Notes under the pieces: generated by a model | What the model saw: only the letters and a program-made list of their open reading frames with translations | Told to the model about the DNA's origin: nothing | Databases searched by the model: none | Part shown: positions 13,701 through 24,288 of the stretch, in pieces | Layout: each line of letters opens with the position of its first letter | Numbering within the stretch: position 1 is the first letter of the stretch | Position numbers and translations under genes: made by a program | From: Octopus bimaculoides | Taxonomy: Eukaryota | Assembly: GCF_001194135.2 (NCBI RefSeq) | Contig: NC_069002.1 | Span: 8,195,924 to 8,259,923 of the forward strand | Direction: 5' to 3' | Length of the DNA stretch: 64,000 nucleotides

Positions 13701-16061
13701 AGGAAAGGCATCCAGCTGTAGAAAATCAGTATCAGGGAGTTTTGTCTGACTCATGCAAATCAGGGAAAAGAGGATGTTAAAACAAAGAAGGTGAGGAAAA
13801 GGAAATGTGTTTGCTGGTGTAGCTGTTTTAGTATGTGTATATGTATGTGTTTATGTATATATATATATAGAGAGGTGTGTGTGTGTGTCTGTATACATGT
13901 GTAAATATATGTATGTATGTGTTTGTGCAAATATATATGTGTGTGTGTGTGTGTGTGTGTAAAAAAAAAGTATATATATATATCTTTAAAGTTAATTAAA
14001 TTGTCGTTAACAATATTCAATATTTCTGTTTCTTCTTTCAGGTGTATGTATATATAAGTAGTGAGGCTTACATAATTATTTCTCAATGGTTTTTGCTGTC
14101 TCAAATTTTGATGCTTTATTAATACTATTTATCATTATTATTAATAAGGTAGATAGCTGGCAGAATCATTAGCATGCCGGATGAAGCGCTTTGTGGCATT
14201 TCGTCTGTCTTTGCATTCTGACTTCAAATTTACCTTTCATCCTTTTGGGGTTAAGCTAAGTACCAGCTGAATACTGGGGGATCGATGTAATCAACTTGTT
14301 CCCTCCCTCCAAATTCTAGGCCTTATGCCTATAGTAGAAAGGATTATTATTAATATCACTAATAGGCGTAGGAGTGGCTGTGTAGTAAGTAGGTTGCTTA
14401 CCAACCATATGGTTCCAGATTTCAGTCCCACTGCGTGTCAACTTGGGCAAGTGTCTTCTACTATATCCTCGAGCCAACCAAAGACTTGTGAGTGGATCTG
14501 GTTGACGGAAACTGAAAGAAGCCCATCGTATATATATATGTGTGTGTGTGTGTGTGGGCAAAAGAGACTGATAGAATAAGTACTAGGCTTATAATAATAA
14601 TAATAATAATAATATTATTTATAATCCTTTCTACTAAAGGCACAAGACCTGAAATTTTGGGGGAAGGGACTAGTCGATTACATCGACCCTAGTGTTTTAC
14701 TGATACTTAATTTATCGACCCCCAAAATTATGAAAGGCAACGTCAACATTGGCAAAATTTGAACTCATAACGTAGAGACGAATGAAATACTGCTAAGCAG
14801 TTTCTCCAGTTTGCTAATTACTCTGCCTGCTCACCGCCTAATGATAATGATAACTATTGTTTCAAATTTTGGCTCAGGGTCCACAAATGTAAAGGAAGGG
14901 CAACATTTGAAAATAGAACAAAGCTGGAAAAAATGCCAGCTCTCTCCCTTTACTACTACTACTACTAATAATAATAATAAGAAGAAGAAGAATAATAATA
15001 AGAAAAAGAATAAGAAGAAGAAGAATAAGAAGAATAATAACCATAATAACAATAATAACCATAATAATAATAATAACAATAGCCATAATAACAACCATGG
15101 CATGCACTGCTCTCTCACTCAATAATAATTATTATTATAACCATAATAATAATAACAATAATAATAATAATAATAATCATTAACAAATGATAACTGGTTT
15201 TAAACAATAGGCATATAACTTGAAAATTGTTCCTTGTGTACCAAAATTCACACAATTGACATCTCATAGTTAATGTGTCTACATACTAGAAGGTCTGCAT
15301 GTAATTCTCTTTGTACAGTTTTTACTGATTCTAACCATACAAGGGCAACTGCTGGGATTTTAAGTTGGAATTTTTTTTTTTTTTTTCATACAAATACTTT
15401 AATTTTTCAAAATTTCAGCTGCATTTATATATATATATTTTTTTTTTTGCTTTCTGAATTTTTGGCACTATTTTATATTTTGAGGAATTTCAATATGTGG
15501 ATTACATAAACAGCAGCAGCAACAACATCATTATGATCAGTGGCTAGAAATTCTCAAAACGATGATTATTGAATATAAAAAGGAAAATAATTAAAATATT
15601 AGGGGAAAAAAAAAAATTCACAAAATCCACAAAAAATATCAAAATTTTTTTTTAAATAATAATGAAATATTGTATCAAGACATTAATTTTACCCCTGCCC
15701 CTTTTCTAGTATTTTTGTTGTTTGTGTTGTTGTGTTAGTTCTTTTTCTTTTTTGTATTTTATTTTACTTTTACATTGTTTTAAAAAATATCTGTTGGGAT
15801 TCTTTTTTTTTTTTTTGCTTAATTTCTACTGCATTCGATATTATCAATTAATTAAATTTTTATTTTTTGTTTGTTTGTTTTAATTTCTTACATTTAATAA
15901 TTATTTCTACATTTTCATGTAAAGTAAAAAATACCATTGCTACTACCACATCCACCACCACTACCACTACCACCACCACCACCACCACCACTACCACCAC
16001 TACCACCTCCTCCTCCTCTTCCATCGACCCAGAATATATCCCACTAAGACAAATCGTTTGA
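704..16061 (+). CDS. MFSD11: MFSD11/UNC93-like MFS transporter, copy A (spliced; exon 1 outside window)
   Basis: Hand-spliced join 704-759,1122-1229,3006-3085,3701-3797,4852-5064,5970-6004,6641-6706,8087-8212,8501-8669,9778-9841,11243-11314,12366-12504,15925-16061 gives one open frame with GT-AG introns. Motifs recalled from human MFSD11 are present: [78 protein letters not shown]. The last exon is less certain. Confidence 0.9.
1122..1229 (+). CDS. MFSD11: MFSD11 copy A exon 3 ([36 protein letters not shown])
   Basis: catctag acceptor, gtgagt donor, 108 nt, TM2-3. Confidence 0.92.
1790..2090 (-). mobile_element. tRNA-headed SINE with a body containing a CTGATGA...GAAAC motif
   Basis: B-box-like GAGTTCAATTCC head, short trinucleotide tract, then aaaaatacctt(t)ggaatgagaacccag; a second partial copy lies at ~30965-31130. 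Confidence 0.6.
3006..3085 (+). CDS. MFSD11: MFSD11 copy A exon 4 ([26 protein letters not shown])
   Basis: ttccag acceptor, gtaatt donor, 80 nt. Confidence 0.92.
3701..3797 (+). CDS. MFSD11: MFSD11 copy A exon 5 ([33 protein letters not shown])
   Basis: tttcag acceptor, gtaagt donor, 97 nt; UNC93-family WTAQG and RNSGIFW motifs. Confidence 0.95.
4852..5064 (+). CDS. MFSD11: MFSD11 copy A exon 6
   Basis: atatag acceptor, gtaaac donor, 213 nt; [19 protein letters not shown]...; has a 15-nt tandem duplication (5015-5044) absent from copy B. Confidence 0.93.
5461..5844 (+). mobile_element. tRNA-derived SINE family 1, full length with 10-bp TSD
   Basis: A box TGGCCCAGTGG, B box GGTTTCGATTCCC, CAA tail, TSD tgtaaacatg (5451-5460, 5845-5854); further copies at 16465, 46800 and ~34320; not seen in the homologous intron of copy B. 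Confidence 0.9.
5970..6004 (+). CDS. MFSD11: MFSD11 copy A exon 7, 35-nt mini-exon (PENIVGVKSTF)
   Basis: tttcag / gtgagt boundaries; needed to keep the frame; homologue at 31350-31384. Confidence 0.88.
6641..6706 (+). CDS. MFSD11: MFSD11 copy A exon 8 (LRAFQLFKNKDMQLLLLPFVYTG)
   Basis: ttgcag / gtaagt, 66 nt. Confidence 0.92.
6772..7615. mobile_element. Non-autonomous DNA transposon with ~30-bp TIRs (AGGGATCTTTTTTAAAACGGGGGCCACAGT)
   Basis: Left TIR 6772-6803, right TIR 7586-7615, inserted at a TA-containing site; the empty site (ctaataaatactaactc) is seen in copy B intron 8; interior interrupted by N gaps. Confidence 0.75.
8087..8212 (+). CDS. MFSD11: MFSD11 copy A exon 9 ([42 protein letters not shown])
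   Basis: atccag / gtatgt, 126 nt; strongly conserved MFSD11 motif. Confidence 0.95.
8227..8357 (+). mobile_element. Truncated Helentron-associated (HINE/DINE-1-like) element
   Basis: 5' hairpin, GTTT microsatellite and core nearly identical to 63344-63480; the family assignment is inference from structure. Confidence 0.55.
8501..8669 (+). CDS. MFSD11: MFSD11 copy A exon 10
   Basis: tcacag / gtgaga, 169 nt; GGGIFGIFGKWTQRFGKDPFILLGYVVHVTACYLAFINLPPDS. Confidence 0.93.
9778..9841 (+). CDS. MFSD11: MFSD11 copy A exon 11 ([21 protein letters not shown])
   Basis: tttcag / gtaaga, 64 nt. Confidence 0.94.
11243..11314 (+). CDS. MFSD11: MFSD11 copy A exon 12 (IFAILGTVFPEDGAPAFALYKFAQ)
   Basis: ttccag / gtaatt, 72 nt. 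Confidence 0.93.
12068..12275 (+). mobile_element. tRNA-derived CORE-like SINE family 2 (representative copy)
   Basis: GGCGGCAAGCTAGCAGAATCGTTAGC head, GAGTTCAAAT B box, cctttcatcc..gataaaataagtacc CORE-like domain. More than 20 copies in the window, e.g. ~8847, 9396, 14148, 14630(-), 23160(-), 27168, 28470(-), 52010(-), 52295, 53020, 57470. Confidence 0.85.
12366..12504 (+). CDS. MFSD11: MFSD11 copy A exon 13 ([20 protein letters not shown]...FFILEWSIFGRLP)
   Basis: tttcag acceptor, C|gtaagt donor, 139 nt; copy B has a donor at the same position. Confidence 0.9.
14366..14535 (+). mobile_element. tRNA-derived SINE family 3 (representative copy)
   Basis: GGCGTAGGAGTGGCTGTGTAGTAAG head ... 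cttgggcaagtgtcttc ... actgaaagaagcccatcgtatat; other copies at ~3254, 32676, 37071, 55732, 49060. Confidence 0.85.
15925..16061 (+). CDS. MFSD11: Probable copy A terminal exon 14 (KNT, poly-Thr, SSSSIDPEYIPLRQIV*)
   Basis: Long T-rich tract then taaag acceptor; phase matches the phase-1 donor of exon 13; ends in a YxxL motif like the C-terminal YRSI I recall for human MFSD11. The acceptor is weak (AAG) and there is no transcript evidence. Confidence 0.5.
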
Positions 16062-16317
16062 AGTACAACAGCCATGTTATTCACCCATTGAGGGTAAGAC
16101 CTCCTGACATCAAAATATAGCCTAAGGTTTTGGGTAGACACTTCATCAAGCTGCTTTGTGAGCTTGCCGCATACTTCTTTTTCCCCGTCTTTCTACCTCT
16201 CTTCTCTGTTTCTTTTATATTTCTCCTTCCTTCCTTTTCTGCATCTTCATCAGTTTTTCATTCTTCTTCCTAGAAGCTTCCATTTTTGTCTTGACATAAT
16301 GTTATGGACACATTTAA

Positions 16318-16977
16318 CCCTTTAGCATTCAGATTTCTCTGTCAAGTATAATTCTAATTTATTCACATTGCTTTGAATAAATCATCCATTATCTTGTAGC
16401 CTTGAGGTTTCAGTAATTGGAGGGTTTAATTTTTTTTGGAATAATATTGCAGGGTAGGTCTGAGTAGAGGCGCAATGGCCCAGTGGTTAGGGCAGCGGAC
16501 TCGCGGTCATAGGATCGCGGTTTCGATTCCCAGACCGGGCATTGTGAGTGTTTATTGAGCGAAAACACCTAANNNNNNNNNNGGCATTGTGAGTGTTTAT
16601 TGAGCGAAAACACCTAAAAGCTCCACGAGGCTCCGGCAGGGGATGGTGGTGAACCCTGCTGTACTCTTTCACAACTTTCTCTCACTCTTACTTCTTGATT
16701 CTGTTGTGCCTCTAATTCAAAGGGTCAACCTTGTCACACACTGTATCACGCTGAATATCCCTGAGAACTACGTTAAGGGTACACGTGTCTGTGGAGTGCT
16801 CAGCCACTTGCACGTTAATTTCACGAGCATGCTGTTCCGTTGATCGGATCAACTGGAACCCTCGACGTCGTAACTGACGGAGTGCCAACAGAGGTCTGAG
16901 AAGCCAGATCTGATTAATTTTAACAAAAATCAAGCACAATATTTAGGCTAGATATGGCTGGTTAAAATGCTAAAGGG
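16318..16977. mobile_element. piggyBac-type MITE with nested SINE
   Basis: TTAA on both flanks (16314-16317, 16978-16981) and 12-bp TIR CCCTTTAGCATT. Confidence 0.75.
16465..16891 (+). mobile_element. SINE family 1 copy nested in the MITE
   Basis: Near-identical to 5461-5844; TSD aggtctgag at 16456-16464 and 16892-16900; small gap and duplication inside. Confidence 0.88.
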
Positions 16978-17599
16978 TTAAAACAATTTTGGTTGCTTCC
17001 ATTTAACATGAAGGAAACATGGTGCCTATTTAACAGATTTATATAACACACTAATCACTGTTCACTAAATGCTTGCTGAGTGCTGTGTATTTGGATAGAA
17101 TAGAAATTACAGGTTTTAACTACTCACATAACACAAGCAACTGTTAAGACTTTATTTCACTGCCTTTTAATAATAATGTTGATGATGTGGTTAATTTCAA
17201 AATGTAATTTGAAAATTCAGTCTTATGTGAATTGCTGTTCTTCCCTCTCTATTTTAAAGCCTTCTTATTGTTGTTACTGTTGTTGTGTAAGGTCTCACTG
17301 GAATTGATCCAGTGAATTTATCACTTTTGCTAAGAACAACAACATGGACATGTTAAATGGCTATAATCATGATTAATATGTCGTCAATAAAATAAGTACC
17401 AGTTAAGCATTGGGGTCGATGCAATCAACTTACCCACTCCTACGAACTTGCTGGCCTTGTGCCAAAATTTGAAAGCATTATTATTGGGTGAGAGAGCAGC
17501 GCATTGCATCAAAGTGATGCTGAAGTACAAATGTGCAAAGCCCAATATACCCATCATGACAGCCCGTCTGATAAGGGTACATTGCAATTACATGTGTGC

Positions 17600-17990
17600 A
17601 ACATGGTGATCTCAAATTGAGATTTGGGTTACAGCAAGTAACCTTAGATGCCAAGAACCCTCCTAAGTATCCTAGCTGTCCCTAATAATACAGTTTTCTG
17701 GAGGTGTACTAAACTGGGTTTTATGCCTTCTTCCTCTATCCACCTTTTCAGATCTTTAGGGATAGTTTCCAATGCACCTGTATATACTGGGATACACTTT
17801 ACCTGCACTTTCCCTAGTCTCTGTAATTCAATGACTAGGTCCTGGTACTTTGCTATTTTTTCTATAATTCTCATATTAATGTTTTCATCATTTGAGACTA
17901 TAAAGTCAATTATCTGGCACTTTCTATTCTCTTTATCTACTTCTACCAAATCAGGCCTTCTAGCTTCTATTAATATCTCAGTCCGAATTA
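17600..17990 (-). mobile_element. 3' fragment of an R4/Dong-like non-LTR retrotransposon (restriction-like endonuclease domain)
   Basis: RPDLVEVDKENRKCQIIDF...KIAKYQDL...LQKTVLLGTARILRRVLGI* is a typical PD-(D/E)xK C-terminus of RLE LINEs; the 5' truncation abuts (TAA)n-like repeats. Confidence 0.8.
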
Positions 17991-18926
17991 TTATTGTTAT
18001 TATTATTACCATTATTATTTCTTTTCTTTTTTTTATTTTACAGTATTATGAAATGTTGAAACAAGATGATGAAAATGAAGCTGGTGGTAACGGTGACCAT
18101 GGTAATGATAATGATGACATTGGTGATGTTGAAGATGACGATGATGACGACGACGACAAAGTTTTTGATGCAGACCAAGAACAAGACCAACTGATTAATG
18201 AACACAAAAATTAATGAAATGTTTAACTAATGAAACAATATTATGAAAATTTGGTGGTGAAGTTGTTTTTATATGATTTCAATATATGTAAAGCATGATC
18301 ACTCTTCAATTAAAATCATTAATTATCTACAGTAAAGGCATGAACACCAGACATTCACTCTGCCTGTACTTTATAAATACGTGACTTTTAAGACAAGACA
18401 AAACATAAACTCATTCAAAATGACTGAGAACGAGAACAAAAAAAAACATTAAATAAAAGAAAGACTGGAAAGAAAATATTGTGTTTTGGAATTATTATAA
18501 AACCTTGGTCCTACAACTATTTCTTGATGCCTGTGTGTGATATGCTTCTGTGTATGTATGTATGTATGTTTCTAAATAATCTTCAATTTTTTCTTTTGTT
18601 TTGGTTATTAGACTGTGGCCATGCTGGGGCACCACCTTGAAGAATTTTTAGTCGAATGAATTAACACCAGTGTTTATTATTTTTTGTCTTCTTATTTTCC
18701 CCCCCTAAGTTTAAGCTTAGCACTCGTTCTATTGGTTTCTTTTGCTGAACTGTTAAATTATGGGGACATAAACACATAAACACATCAACACTGGTTGTCA
18801 AGTGATGGGGGGGAATAGCCACAAAGACACACACATGTATGTATGTATGTATGTGTGTGTGTGTGTATGTATATATATATATATATAGTTCAGTACATTA
18901 AAATAACCATTTTAGGTAAAATTATA

Positions 18927-19202
18927 CAAATATTCTATAATTATAAACATAATTATAATCAAGGCTCAGCTAATTGCTTCGCCACGCACCGAATTTAGAA
19001 ATAGGAGTTAAAATGCCTTTTCTGCTACAATAGAGATCTCTCAGACAGTAACACTCTTTTTCATTTAGTGCAGCATTTGCCTACGTAAAAGAAGTATGTT
19101 ACTGTCTGGGAGAGCTTTTAACTCCTATTTCTAAATTCGGTGTGTGGCGAAGCAATTAGCTGATCCCCGATTATAATTAGGTTTATAATTATAGAATATT
19201 TG
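18927..19202. mobile_element. MITE with 87-bp terminal inverted repeats
   Basis: 18927-19013 is the near-perfect reverse complement of 19116-19202; an inner inverted pair (cagacagtaaca / tgttactgtctg) is also present. Confidence 0.85.
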
Positions 19203-19919
19203 TTTGTGTGTGTGTGTATACATATGTATATAAAGATGGGTGGCTCTTTTCAGTTTCTGTCTGCCAATTCCATTCAGAAAACATTGGTCAGCACTGAGCT
19301 ATTACAGAAGACACTTGCCCAAGGTGCTGCACAGTGGGACTGAACCCAAGACCACATGATTGGAAAGCAAGCTTCTTCTTATCCACCCAACCAACCAGAG
19401 TAATATCCATAAAATTTCATGCGAATATTTCCTTTTACATACAGCAGATGGCTGTACCAATCAGACTATGCTAAGAGCTCAATAAAGACATTTCTCTATA
19501 TAACTTCATTGATTGTCCATAAAATTCGTTCATTAAGCCGGACAGCAATTTGTAAATAGTAACAAGGTTTCTCTGCTGTCAGTCTTATGGAACAGATCAA
19601 ACTGCCCAAACTGTGCAAGCATGGAAGGTGAATATAGCATGATGTTGATGAGGATGATGATGAAGAATATATAAATAGCACAGATAGATTGGCAGAATTT
19701 CTTTACCTCACCGATGGCAAGAAGAAATATCAGAAACATATGATGTGATTGGGTTAAATCGACATTTATTGTATGATTAATATTTCTATTCCCAAATGTA
19801 TTTGCATGTTTATTCTTACATCTGTTTTAAATCACATCTCACTACTACAGTTCTAATGTTGTGTATCAAGTGATTTGTTGTTACTACAAAAGGCAAATAT
19901 ACTACTGAAGAATATACTC

Positions 19920-20108
19920 TTTTACTTGTTTCAGTCATTTGACTGCGGCCATGCTGGAGCACCGCATTTAGTCGAGCAAATCGACCCCGGGACTTAGTCT
20001 TTTAAGCCTAGTACTTATTCTATCGGTCTCTTTTGCCGAATCGCTAGGTGACAGGGACATAAACACGCCAGCATTGGTTGTCAAGCAATGTTAGGGGAAC
20101 AAAAACAG

Positions 20109-20143
<35 letters not shown>

Positions 20144-20165
20144 CGACGGACTTCTTTCAGTTTCC
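19920..20165 (-). mobile_element. SINE family 4 (representative copy)
   Basis: ccgctaagttacggggacgtaaacac-type core; other copies at ~18610, 20290, 21860, 34800, 56705. Confidence 0.75.
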
Positions 20166-20936
20166 GTCTACCAAACCCACTCACCTTGGGCAAATGTCTT
20201 CTACTATAGCCTCAAGCCGACCAAAGCCTTGTGAGTGGATTTGGTAGATGGAAACTGAAAGAAGCTCGTCGTATATATATATGTATGTGTGTATATGTTT
20301 GTGTGTCTGTATTTGTCCCCCCAACATTGCTTGACAACCAATGCTGGTGTGTTTACGTCCCCATAACTTAGAGGNNNNNNNNNNNNNNNNNNNNNNNNNN
20401 NNNNNNNNNNNNNNNNNNNNNNNNNNNNNNNNNNNNNNNNNNNNNNNNNNNNNNNNNNNNNNNNNNNNNNNNNNNNNNNNNNNNNNNNNNNNNNNNNNNN
20501 NNNNNNNNNNNNNNNNNNNNNNNNNNNNNNNNNNNNNNNNNNNNNNNNNNNNNNNNNNNNNNNNNNNNNNNNNNNNNNNNNNNNNNNNNNNNNNNNNNNN
20601 NNNNNNNNNNNNNNNNNNNNNNNNNNNNCATTCTTACCTTCCTGCCACACTGCTCATGTTAAAAGAAGTGACAACACATTAATCATGTTATAGCCACTTA
20701 ACTTGTTCTTCATGTTGTTGTTCTAAGCAAAAAAGTTAACGCTGAATTCCAGGAATAACTCTCACACTTCCAAATAATGGTTTTATTTTTATCACTGTCA
20801 TACTTTTAGCACATTTCAAAACTGAAAGTGGTTCGGTGTAGAGCCATTTTCAATACAATCTGTCCTCACCCCTCTTTCTGTATGTGTACACATATGTGTG
20901 TATATACATGCACACCTATATATATATACACACCTG

Positions 20937-20975
<39 letters not shown>

Positions 20976-21309
20976 CTGAATATACATATTTATATACACA
21001 CATACACGTGCACACGTATACATATACACCTGCATATACATATATATATATATATATGCACACATATACATAAACACCTGCATATACATATATACACACA
21101 CAAGCACACCTATATACACTCACAAATAAATATACATACATACACACCTGCATATACATACAGACATATAAGGGTCATAAGTTAAGTTAAATCCTAATTT
21201 ATATCTAACAATGATTTCAGTGCCAAATCACGTTTGACTTTGATAATGAAGAGACTAATGTATTTATCTAAACTCGTGTAACATTCATACACACAAAGAT
21301 ACACTCTCA

Positions 21310-21367
<58 letters not shown>

Positions 21368-21809
21368 NNNNNNNNNNNNNNNNNNNNNNNNNNNNNNNNN
21401 NNNNNNNNNNNNNNNNNNNNNNNNNNNNNNNNNNNNNNNNNNNNNNNNNNNNNNNNNNNNNNNNNNNNNNNNNNNNNNNNNNNNNNNNNNNNNNNNNNNN
21501 NNNNNNNNNNNNNNNNNNNNNNNNNNNNNNNNNNNNNNNNNNNNNNNNNNNNNNNNNNNNNNNNNNNNNNNNNNNNNNNNNNNNNNNNNNNNNNNNNNNN
21601 NNNNNNNNNNNNNNNNNNNNNNNNNNNNNNNNNNNNNNNNNNNNNNNNNNNNNNNNNNNNNNNNNNNNNNNNNNNNNNNNNNNNNNNNNNNNNNNNNNNN
21701 NNNNNNNNNNNNNNNNNNNNNNNNNNNNNNNNNNNNNNNNNNNNNNNNNNNNNNNNNNNNNNNNNNNNNNNNNNNNNNNNNNNNNNNNNNNNNNNNNNNN
21801 NNNNNNNNN

Positions 21810-21862
<53 letters not shown>

Positions 21863-23700
21863 TTGTGTTTGTCCCCCACCATCGCTTGACAACTGATGTT
21901 GGTTTGTTTACGTCCCCGTAGCTTAGCAGTTTGGCAAAAAGAGACCAATAGAATGAGTACTAGGCTTACAAAGAATAATTCCTGGGGTAGATTTGTTGAA
22001 ATAAAGGCAGTGGTCCAGCATGGCCACAGTCAGCTGACAATCAAGTAAATGAAAACAAAAATGTGAATGTGTGTGTGTATTTTTGTTTTGCTTATTCCTT
22101 TACAGTAATAGAATAAATATCAGGTTTAAAAAATAAGTACTGGGGCCGATTCATTCGACTAAAAATTCAAGGCGGTGCCCCAGTGTGACCGAAACAGATA
22201 AAAGATAGAAATATATGCATAAATAATCACACTTACCTGATTGTAAATATTTCAGTGTAGGTAAAATGAAAAAAACAAAAAAGGAAATACTACTAAAATA
22301 GAATATTAAAATAGATGTATTAAGTTGAAAGACCAAATTTGGTGAATCTGAGTTTGACATCTTCAATTGTCAAAGGAAACCTGAACAATGAAATAAGAAA
22401 AAATTTAAAGTCAAATTCACTGAATCAAAACAAGAAGGGATCATTTGATTGGTTACATGCATAAAGTTAATTCTGATTGGCTGAGTGAGTGAAGTTAATT
22501 CTGATTGGCTGAGTGAGTGAAGTTAATTCTGAATACAAAAACACATTTGATTTTCTTGTATTTTAGAAGGGACATTATGCCGACTGTAAGCACATGCACT
22601 GAGGTTCAATTTTTTTTCTCTTACTATTATTAATTGGTTAATCATTTAACTAATTAGCTAATAAAATTTTTTGATTAATCATTCAGTTACTCTATCAATC
22701 ATACACATCACATATCCCTACCAGCGCAGTTCAGTCTACTGCACACTCACTCACTAAACTAGTTTTACATTCCTTTAACTTTCTCAATCTATTTGCATTT
22801 TTTTTATAATAGGTACATGAAGAAAGAATTTCTTTACTGCTAATATTATTGATACCACGAAATGAGACATAAATTTTCATGCCATTTGGTGGATCATTCA
22901 GTTTCTATTTTGTGTTTATAATTTACAACAAATAATTTCAATATCTTCATTTGAAATATTTAATTGTTTAGTTATATGGTATTTCTCTGTATTGCATGGT
23001 TGGCATTGACTTACAGGATTTATATAAGCCATACTGGTCGATCAATACATTGATATTGAAATGGCTATGTGGATAAGCCTGTGATATACCATGCTTCCTC
23101 ATTCTGAATGTGGATTATGATAGAGGAAATCTATTTTAAAACTGCCTTCACTCATTTCAGATTCAAATTTTGGCACACGGCCATCAATTTTAGGGAAGGG
23201 GGCTAAGTTGATTATACTGACCCCAGTGTTGAACTGGTACTTATTTTATCGACCCTCAAAAGAATGAAATGCAAAGTCGACCATGGCAGCATTTGAACTC
23301 AGAACATAAGGACGGACAAAATATTGCTAAGCATCTTGTCTGGTGTGCTAATGATTCTGCCAGCTCACTGTTTCCTTAGTTTTTACCTTTGCTTGGTACA
23401 TGATAAAAAGTAGTTGGCCTTAGGAAGGCATTCACCTGTAGAAACAATGCCAAAACTGACAAGGTAGCATGATGCTGTCCTTGAACCAATCATATTCTGT
23501 CAAAGAAGCCAACGCATACCAGTAGGAAACATGAATATTAAATGGTAATGATATGGGTCCTTAATGACTTTTATGAATTTAATAGACTGAAACTTGTAGA
23601 AGCTAACATGCATGATTACATTCATGCATGCTCTTCCACATGTTTTTGCCGAAAGGGTTAGTCAAATTATGATTCTTTAGCTTAAAATTGTTTCTTATAC

Positions 23701-24094
23701 TGAGGTCCGACTCTGGTTCTGTTGCCTACCAATTCTGCCTCGGTTTGTGTGGATGGATGGAGTGAGGAAAGCTTTGGTGGTTAGAGGTGTTGGAGTGAGA
23801 GAGGCAAGAGAGTTTATAAATGATAGGAAAGCTTGGAGAGGGTTTGTGGACGGATGAGTGAATTTGATGTTGCTCAAAGGGGTATGGAACTAGTATGATG
23901 CAGCGGGGATAAACCAGCACATGCTCTTGGGCCCTGCTGCTGATTTTGGGGGTTGCATTCTATGCCTTGACCTGAGCATAGAACAGGGCTTGCCTCTTTG
24001 AGCTGGGAAATGAATGGAATGCTTGGTGTGTGTCTTGTTGTGGCTACCCACTCTTAAAAAAAATATAGGGAATAGGCCTGGGTGTGTATATATA
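23701..24094 (+). mobile_element. 5'-truncated RTE-clade LINE 3' end with near-TSD
   Basis: PRFVWMDGVRKALVVRGVGVREAREFINDRKAWRGFVDG* (23738-23857) matches RTE ORF C-termini; flanked by ttcttatac / ttcttacac; absent from the homologous copy A intron 13. Confidence 0.75.
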
Positions 24095-24288
24095 TTCTTA
24101 CACCTCAATTCACAAAATAAGAACCAGGCAGAAATCATTATTGGTGTGGAGGAATTAGTATTGTCAGTATGGAGAAATAAAATTGTTCTGCCTCAGAGCA
24201 GAAATAAAAGTAAGGTGAAAAAAAAAAAAAAAAAAAACAGAAACAGAACACAAAGAAAGTACTCACATAGAAGCATTCCAAATATACT

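Noticed and set aside
17648-18043. 5' part of the 188-aa + strand ORF as a host membrane protein
   Set aside because: It is the antisense reading of the RLE retrotransposon fragment plus an (ATT)n tract.
22237-22380. Possible further copy B exon (ttcag acceptor, gtaagt donor, - strand)
   Set aside because: Stops in all three frames and no homologue seen in copy A; at best a 3' UTR exon, unsupported without RNA data.
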